Virus genome (UHGV): UHGV-0281922
Strand: one strand, 5' to 3'
Length of the DNA: 5,026 nucleotides
Source: a virus
The notes beneath the pieces were generated by a model. It did no database searches, was not told where the DNA came from, and saw nothing but the letters and a program-made list of their open reading frames with translations. Position 1 is the stretch's first letter, and every line of letters begins with the position of its first letter. This document shows, in pieces, positions 1-4,982 of the stretch. A program made the position numbers and the translations under genes.

Positions 1-213
1 ATCTTCAAAAGCATAAAATTCTATAAAACATTTTCTATCTGCTTTGAAAGCTTCAAACAAAGTTTTTAAACGTTCAATTCTATCAAAACTATACAATATT
101 CTAATATTTAACACTCCAGGTTCTTTACAATCAAAAAAAGCTGGAAAATCCTCTTCATGTAAAATTTCAAAAAAAGACTGTAAATCTTTAAAATAGTAAT
201 ATGCAAACATCAT
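1..213 (-). CDS. Hypothetical protein, partial in this linear window. The ORF runs off the window start. If the sequence is circular it continues at 5026 and ends at 4982-4984, giving 85 aa.
   Basis: Manual translation of the reverse complement of 1..213 gives MMFAYYYFKDLQSFFEILHEEDFPAFFDCKEPGVLNIRILYSFDRIERLKTLFEAFKADRKCFIEFYAFED with no stop before the window edge. Start ATG is at 213-211 (or 210-208). It is preceded by AAGAGGTG (complement of 221-228) with about 7-8 nt spacing. The ORF is absent from the track only because it is truncated by the window edge. Confidence 0.55.
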   Translation of the reverse strand, partial: MMFAYYYFKDLQSFFEILHEEDFPAFFDCKEPGVLNIRILYSFDRIERLKTLFEAFKADRKCFIEFYAFED

Positions 214-268
214 AAAAAAACACCTCTTATTATATATTGTGTATATATTTAATAAAAGATGTTTAAAT

Positions 269-297
269 ATTATAAAATTCGTTTGAAAAAATAACAA
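269..297 (-). promoter_or_regulatory. Candidate sigma-70/sigma-A promoter for the minus-strand gene cluster. The -35 is TTGTTA (complement of 292-297), then a 17-nt spacer, then the -10 TATAAT (complement of 269-274).
   Basis: The hexamers were read directly from the reverse complement. The -10 is a perfect consensus. The -35 matches TTGACA at 4 of 6 positions and the spacing is exactly 17. It sits about 40 nt upstream of the RBS of the 1..213 ORF. AT-rich DNA produces many such matches by chance. Confidence 0.3.
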
Positions 298-344
298 TTT
301 AGCGTAAAATTAACATTATATTTGGTTTAGTTAATTGATAGGAC

Positions 345-378
345 TAAATAATAATTATTTTAAATAATTTTTAACTAG
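345..378. repeat. Copy A of an imperfect ~27-nt AT-rich direct repeat (TAATAATTATTTT..AATAATTTTT). Copy B is at 551-582.
   Basis: By-eye alignment: A is cTAAATAATAATTATTTTAAATAATTTTTaactag and B is cAACTAATAATTATTTTTAATAATTTTTTgaag. The copies flank the 14-bp hairpin at distances of roughly 85 and 55 nt. Low complexity makes chance similarity possible. Confidence 0.3.
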
Positions 379-460
379 AATAGGAAGAAAGAACTAAATT
401 AAAATCTTCTCAAACTACCTTTAAATAATACTTAGAACAAATTTTATTAAATTTTGTGTC

Positions 461-498
461 AAGGGGGCTTATATAAAACAAGGAATATAAGCCCCCTT
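461..498. repeat. Perfect 14-bp inverted repeat (hairpin). The arms are AAGGGGGCTTATAT (461-474) and ATATAAGCCCCCTT (485-498), with a 10-nt loop (475-484).
   Basis: The arms are exact reverse complements, read directly. It is a GC-rich island inside an AT-rich noncoding region. No U-tract follows on either strand, so it is not a typical intrinsic terminator. A further CCCCC at 510-514 could pair alternatively with GGGGG at 463-467. Confidence 0.6.
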
Positions 499-550
499 TG
501 GGAAGAAACCCCCTCGGTAATAATTATATACCACTTTTTCTCTAAAAAGT

Positions 551-582
551 CAACTAATAATTATTTTTAATAATTTTTTGAA
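551..582. repeat. Copy B of the AT-rich direct repeat (see 345-378).
   Basis: Same alignment as for copy A. Confidence 0.3.
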
Positions 583-665
583 GTTAGCGGACTTTTTGGC
601 GGGGCTAAAGACGGCACAGTTACATTAATTTTATTTATAGTTTTTTAAGTGCCTCCCCGCACTTA

Positions 666-694
666 GGAAAAAGAAAAAGCACCCTTTCGGGTGC
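666..694 (-). terminator. Rho-independent terminator at the 3' end of the minus-strand gene cluster.
   Basis: The minus strand reads GCACCC-GAAA-GGGTGC followed by TTTTTCTTTTTCC. That is a 6-bp GC-rich stem (679-684 / 689-694) with a GNRA tetraloop and a T-tract at 666-678. It begins 18 nt after the stop (712-714) of the 138-aa ORF. Confidence 0.75.
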
Positions 695-711
695 GTAATA
701 AGGAGTTATGC

Positions 712-1128
712 CTATGATGTTTTATCATCAACAACTGGTTGTTCCACAGACAGCTCTGGAAGAGTAGTAACATCTTGAGGTTTTTCATAAACAATTCCAT
801 CCTCAATTTGATAATTATCTGGGTTACTACAATATTCAAAAAACTTTTGAGGAGTTCCAAACATTTCTCTTGTCTTTTCATCCAAATGTAAAAACTTTCT
901 CTCAATCTTCGCTTTCTCATTTTGCCAATCTTCAAAAGTCCATGAACTAGTTTCATAATTATTCATATCATAAACTGGAGTTCTCGGAGTTCCTCTATAA
1001 TTTATTAACAATTGTTCTATCTCACACATTGACTTAAATGACTGGTCAGTCAAACTCTCCATTTCATTTACTGTACCACTGATTTTAGGCCAACTTTCTT
1101 TATTCCAATAGGTTGCAAATTTAGTCAT
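712..1128 (-). CDS. 138-aa acidic hypothetical protein, a possible internal scaffolding (VP3-like) protein.
   Basis: ORF from the track. It has a strong RBS AAGGAGG (complement of 1138-1144) 9 nt upstream of the ATG at 1128. It lies 17 nt downstream of the major capsid gene. It is rich in Glu/Asp with an acidic C-terminus (LPELSVEQPVVDDKTS). The function is assigned only from size, charge and position in a microvirus genome. Confidence 0.6.
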   Translation of the reverse strand: MTKFATYWNKESWPKISGTVNEMESLTDQSFKSMCEIEQLLINYRGTPRTPVYDMNNYETSSWTFEDWQNEKAKIERKFLHLDEKTREMFGTPQKFFEYCSNPDNYQIEDGIVYEKPQDVTTLPELSVEQPVVDDKTS

Positions 1129-1145
1129 ACCAAAAAACCTCCTTT

Positions 1146-2774
1146 CTATATTCTACCAGCTAAAAGACTTGGATTTGATGAAACAGGTAGAGGTCTAGTT
1201 GCTTTAATATCAAACCAAATATCAGCAATAATATCTGGCTCATCTGGTGCACTTAACACTCTATCTATAGGAGTAGCACATTGAATAAACTCCCCATTTA
1301 ATTTAGGTAAAGTTTCAAATTTTTCTGCCAAATGCCAAACATCAAGAGAACCTTCTACACCACTTCTCATCTTACCAGTAATCTTATTAATACCTTCTCT
1401 TAACTCTCTATATCTTTCTTGATAACCAAATACAGCTTCATTAATTGCTTTATCTGGAGATAAGAAAATTTCTTTATTATATACCGCTTGGTCTCCTAAA
1501 TTCCAAAAAGCAGGATTCATATAATCATACCTAGAAAGCTTATTAAACTTTCTCGCTACACCTTGTTGATATGTTACATCAGCACTAGCACAAGCTACAA
1601 TCATAAATATACCATGTTCCACTGCAGATATCTCGCATAATTCCTTATTACCTTGTCCAACTCCAATCCCTGTAAGATTTCCTTGAGGAGAGACTTCATT
1701 TGTACTTGAATTTTGAACAACAGGATTAACTATTATATCAACATTAGCACTTCCTAAATACTGACTTCTACCTAACAGAAAATCTGGACAAGTTACATTA
1801 TAGTGCATTTTAACCAACTCTGGGTATCTCTCACCAGCTCTTGCATCTCTTTCAAGCAACACTTGTAATGCGCTTGCTTTTCTTAATGCTTCAATAGATA
1901 CTCCAGTTACTTGTGACATATCAGCATATAAATTAGTATTAATACCTTCAATAGCAGTCCTTTTATCAGTATTACTTGTAACTATCTGTCTATTAGTAGC
2001 GTCAGAAATTAAAATAGAATTTTCAAAATTTCCATTACTTAGTTTATAATTCAATCTAGTAGGTTGATTATTAATAGTCACAACAGGAGCATTACCAGTC
2101 AAAGGTATCATCACTTCTTCTCCTGCTTGAGGATAAGGTAAACATGATGTAAAATAATCTAAAGGTTTTCCTTTCTTAAGAATCTTATATGTTACTAAAG
2201 TATCTTTACTTTCTACAGAGTCTCCAGATAAATTATCACCTGTATATTCCTTCAAAGGCTCTTGGAGTTCTGAAGCTCTAAACCAATCATTAAAAATTTT
2301 ATTATAGGCTCTAAAAGGTAAAGCGGATACCGAGTAGTCACAAGTTGTTCCAGTGGGCGGACATCCTAAATAGTCTCCAAGACCACCAACTGTATTCTCT
2401 GCTACTTTCATATTCAATTGAGGTACTAAATAATCTACCTTATCATCTTGCCACTGCTTCTCACCCATAAAATTCAAAAAATGTTTCCATAAAAGTCTGT
2501 TAGGTATCCAAAAAGCCATAAACTTTAATTTAACATTATCCATAACTGGGGAAATCATAGGCATAAGTCTACAAACACTTGCCACGGATACCTCGAAATG
2601 GTCTCCTGGGGATAACTCTTCCCAATATACAGGATAAATATTATCAAAATCAAAACAAGTTTTTAATCCTTCTGATAAATTAAAAGTTGACTTCATACCT
2701 TTTGCTTGTGGTAATATGTTACTATCAAGTATTACCTTATCAGGCATCTTCATACTAAATTGTACATTGTTCAT
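1146..2774 (-). CDS. VP1: Major capsid protein (Microviridae VP1 / phiX174 F-like), 542 aa.
   Basis: ORF from the track. Its size and N-terminal region (FSMKMP...TFNLSEGLKTCFDFDNIYPVYWEELSPGDHFEVS with the PGD motif) are characteristic of gokushovirus-type VP1 capsid proteins. It follows GGAAGGAGAG (complement of 2783-2792). Confidence 0.92.
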   Translation of the reverse strand: MNNVQFSMKMPDKVILDSNILPQAKGMKSTFNLSEGLKTCFDFDNIYPVYWEELSPGDHFEVSVASVCRLMPMISPVMDNVKLKFMAFWIPNRLLWKHFLNFMGEKQWQDDKVDYLVPQLNMKVAENTVGGLGDYLGCPPTGTTCDYSVSALPFRAYNKIFNDWFRASELQEPLKEYTGDNLSGDSVESKDTLVTYKILKKGKPLDYFTSCLPYPQAGEEVMIPLTGNAPVVTINNQPTRLNYKLSNGNFENSILISDATNRQIVTSNTDKRTAIEGINTNLYADMSQVTGVSIEALRKASALQVLLERDARAGERYPELVKMHYNVTCPDFLLGRSQYLGSANVDIIVNPVVQNSSTNEVSPQGNLTGIGVGQGNKELCEISAVEHGIFMIVACASADVTYQQGVARKFNKLSRYDYMNPAFWNLGDQAVYNKEIFLSPDKAINEAVFGYQERYRELREGINKITGKMRSGVEGSLDVWHLAEKFETLPKLNGEFIQCATPIDRVLSAPDEPDIIADIWFDIKATRPLPVSSNPSLLAGRI

Positions 2775-2777
2775 ACC

Positions 2778-2876
2778 TTAAAACACTCTCCTTCCACCTC
2801 TTGTATATGGTACAAAAGCTTGTTGATATAAAAAGGTTCTACTAAATTGTACTCTTCTTGCTCTATTAATTCTCAT
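2778..2876 (-). CDS. 32-aa arginine-rich basic peptide, a putative DNA-binding / packaging protein (phiX174 J-like by position and composition).
   Basis: Manual translation gives MRINRARRVQFSRTFLYQQAFVPYTRGGRRVF, with 8 Arg in 32 aa. The ATG at 2876-2874 is preceded by AAAGGAGAG (complement of 2883-2891) with an 8-nt spacer. The stop TAA at 2780-2778 lies 3 nt before the VP1 ATG. It is not in the track because it is too short. Confidence 0.5.
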   Translation of the reverse strand: MRINRARRVQFSRTFLYQQAFVPYTRGGRRVF

Positions 2877-2893
2877 TATCTTCACTCTCCTTT

Positions 2894-3040
2894 TTATTTT
2901 TCAATTTCTTTAATTGCTTTAACACTACGAGTAATAAATTCAGAAAATGACAAATTGAACTCTTCATCTTTAATATATCCTCCATTCTTTAATTTTCTTA
3001 ATGTATAATATCCAATTACCAAATCAATAACATCTTTCAT
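2894..3040 (-). CDS. 48-aa hypothetical protein.
   Basis: Manual translation gives MKDVIDLVIGYYTLRKLKNGGYIKDEEFNLSFSEFITRSVKAIKEIEK. Its ATG (3040-3038) overlaps the VP2 stop TGA (3039-3037) in an ATGA arrangement. AGGAGA lies about 11 nt upstream, inside the VP2 3' end. The stop is TAA at 2896-2894. Confidence 0.45.
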   Translation of the reverse strand: MKDVIDLVIGYYTLRKLKNGGYIKDEEFNLSFSEFITRSVKAIKEIEK

Positions 3041-3780
3041 TTGTTATAATTTCTCCTTTCTCTATTTTTCTTACTCTCATTCCACCACTTTTTAACAGAA
3101 TTAGCAATATTCTTAGCAGTAGTACCTAAACCAGCCATTCCAGCACTAACAATCCTAGAAGGACTAGAGCCAATATCAGCAACTTTCTCAGTATATTTTG
3201 CATCAGGATTCTCATTATAAAAATCAATATCAAAATCCATCAACTGAATTTTTCTTTTAGCTTCTTCTGTTGACATCTTAACATTCTCTCTTTGAGCTTG
3301 TTTCACCAAAACATTAGCCTTAGCGTCAAGTGTTTGAGCTTCATTTAAAGCCCTAATTGTTTTAGCATTTAATATATTCTGTCTTTGTAACTCTGCTTCA
3401 GTTCTAAGCTTATCAGCCTTTACATCAAAAATACTATTTTCTTGTTTTATTGCCTTTGTCTGTTCATCAATCTGTCTAGCCTGTGCATTTGCTACCTTAG
3501 CAGAAGAAAGAGCGGTCAACCACTGAGGGTCAAACCGCTCAATCTGTGCTTGAGAACCAGCAGGAGTACTTGCTCCACTACTTACATTATCAACCGCAAG
3601 TAAAGGATTCAATCCAGAACTCCTTAAATCTGCCATACGACGACTTATAGAAGTATTACTCATTTGCTCCTGCCATTCTCTATTCTTTTGTGCTTCATCT
3701 TTAGCACTATTATTACCAAGTATTGTTGAAGCAATACCGCCAATAGCACCAGCGATACCGCCAAATAATCCCATAAACAT
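3037..3780 (-). CDS. VP2: Minor capsid / DNA pilot protein (Microviridae VP2 / phiX174 H-like).
   Basis: ORF from the track (3037..3783, where the 3783 codon is GTG). It has a Gly-rich hydrophobic N-terminus (MFMGLFGGIAGAIGGIAS), an SSGLNPLLA motif and a long Q/A/K-rich coiled-coil-like middle. The ATG at 3780 is the stop-overlap partner (TGATG) of the upstream 31-aa ORF. A further ATG at 3774 has ideal spacing to AAGAGGTG (3781-3788). The start is therefore one of 3783, 3780 or 3774. Confidence 0.85.
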   Translation of the reverse strand: MFMGLFGGIAGAIGGIASTILGNNSAKDEAQKNREWQEQMSNTSISRRMADLRSSGLNPLLAVDNVSSGASTPAGSQAQIERFDPQWLTALSSAKVANAQARQIDEQTKAIKQENSIFDVKADKLRTEAELQRQNILNAKTIRALNEAQTLDAKANVLVKQAQRENVKMSTEEAKRKIQLMDFDIDFYNENPDAKYTEKVADIGSSPSRIVSAGMAGLGTTAKNIANSVKKWWNESKKNRERRNYNK

Positions 3781-3875
3781 CACCTCTTAAAAAAGTTTCT
3801 AATAAATCTTATCAATTTAAAAATACCAAATAAAAATACAATTCCTAAAATAGAAAACATTAAACTAATTGACAT
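3780..3875 (-). CDS. 31-aa small membrane peptide (one hydrophobic TM segment plus a basic C-terminus), a candidate lysis/membrane protein.
   Basis: Manual translation gives MSISLMFSILGIVFLFGIFKLIRFIRNFFKR. The ATG at 3875-3873 is preceded by TAAGAGGTG (complement of 3882-3890) with a 6-nt spacer. The stop TGA at 3782-3780 overlaps the VP2 ATG (TGATG). It is not in the track because it is too short. Confidence 0.45.
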   Translation of the reverse strand: MSISLMFSILGIVFLFGIFKLIRFIRNFFKR

Positions 3876-3887
3876 ACATATCACCTC

Positions 3888-3986
3888 TTATGGTAATTGT
3901 AGCACAACTTCTGCTATTTTCCAAAGAAAAAATAAACAACTCATTAATCCCAAGACCATAGCAAAATTTTTAAAGAATGATTCCAT
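3888..3986 (-). CDS. 32-aa small hydrophobic membrane peptide, a candidate lysis/membrane protein.
   Basis: Manual translation gives MESFFKNFAMVLGLMSCLFFLWKIAEVVLQLP. The ATG at 3986-3984 is preceded by a perfect AAGGAGGTG (complement of 3992-4000) with a 5-nt spacer, 54 nt downstream of the Rep stop. The stop TAA (3890-3888) overlaps the RBS of the next small ORF. Confidence 0.5.
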   Translation of the reverse strand: MESFFKNFAMVLGLMSCLFFLWKIAEVVLQLP

Positions 3987-4040
3987 ATAAACACCTCCTT
4001 TAATTGAGCATTTTTTATCCAATTGCCAATGTGCAAATTT

Positions 4041-4982
4041 TTATCTATTTTTATTCTTAAAAGAATTATAGATTTCTCTTCTAATTTTTCCCTGTTCCAC
4101 ATGATAGTCATATATTTCTGTCCAATGTAAACCATACTTTTGTTGTATCTCCTTATTGGATTCAAAAATATAATCTTCCATTCTCCGTCTATACTCTAAG
4201 TACATTTCATTCAAATGAATATCACTGGAATTTTCAGCATATTTTAAAAAACTTTTAGGAATTCCAAGCTTTTGACCTCTAGAATCATATATAAATCCAT
4301 TAGTCAAAATTTGTTGATAATTTTCAAGAAAATAATCTATTCCTAAAATCTTTTTTGGATATACTACATAAGGTTTTCTTACTACCTTACCATTGACTAC
4401 AAAGTCATCTGATTTAATCTCTGAAAATTTAGTAATATACTTAACCATATAAGGAGCAGTATGTTCATTAACATCTCCAACATCAACAAACCCAGCTTTC
4501 CAAACAGATTCAAGAAATTTTGATTTATAACAATTATAACCTTTCTTTGACTTATAAAAATATTTTAGGTCTGAAGGTTTATAGCCAAACATTATCATAT
4601 GAAAATGAGGTCTACCATTTTTTTCTCCATACTCTCCAGATACTAAATATTTTATTTTACCTTCAAATCCATGATATTCTAACTTCCTTCTAAGTCTCTT
4701 CATAAATTTTTGAAAATAGGTATGATTTAAAGAACCATTAGGGAATACCTCTTCCAAATGTTCATCATCTACTGTAAGAGTTAAAAAACATATCTCATTA
4801 TAACTATATTTTGTAAGTTCATATCTTACTCTTTGAGCAAGTGAAGTCCTCCATTTCTTTTTACACTCTGGACACTTACCACAAGGAACAATAACACTTC
4901 TAGTAATATCAGCATCTTTAGGATTGAACATATATTTATGCTCTGCTCTATCCCAATAGATTTTTAAAGGAGACATACACAT
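4041..4982 (-). CDS. VP4: Rolling-circle replication initiation protein (Microviridae VP4 / gene A-like HUH endonuclease), 313 aa.
   Basis: ORF from the track. It has motif I ICFLTLT, motif II GRPHFHMIMFGY (HUH; the His codons at 4607-4605 and 4601-4599 were verified), and motif III YMVKYITK with two catalytic Tyr. An N-terminal Cys cluster CGKCPECKKK is present. GGAG lies 10 nt upstream of the ATG (complement of 4993-4996). Confidence 0.93.
   Translation of the reverse strand: MCMSPLKIYWDRAEHKYMFNPKDADITRSVIVPCGKCPECKKKWRTSLAQRVRYELTKYSYNEICFLTLTVDDEHLEEVFPNGSLNHTYFQKFMKRLRRKLEYHGFEGKIKYLVSGEYGEKNGRPHFHMIMFGYKPSDLKYFYKSKKGYNCYKSKFLESVWKAGFVDVGDVNEHTAPYMVKYITKFSEIKSDDFVVNGKVVRKPYVVYPKKILGIDYFLENYQQILTNGFIYDSRGQKLGIPKSFLKYAENSSDIHLNEMYLEYRRRMEDYIFESNKEIQQKYGLHWTEIYDYHVEQGKIRREIYNSFKNKNR

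Noticed and set aside
585-663. Additional short GC-rich complementary segments (GGCGGGG at 598-604 versus CCCCGC at 655-660; GTGC..GCAC at 650-663).
   Set aside because: The stems are only 4-6 bp with long irregular spacers and are not convincing as discrete elements. They are folded into the general observation that the noncoding region is structured.
663-956. 97-aa minus-strand ORF from the six-frame track.
   Set aside because: It lies almost entirely inside the better-supported 138-aa ORF in another frame and extends across the intrinsic terminator hairpin. It has no RBS and its amino-acid composition is typical of AT-rich frame artefacts.
3944-4165. 73-aa minus-strand ORF from the track.
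   Set aside because: It starts at TTG rather than ATG, with no SD. It overlaps the Rep C-terminus and reads straight through the AAGGAGGTG RBS and start of the 32-aa TM ORF in a different frame. It is most likely a spurious open frame.
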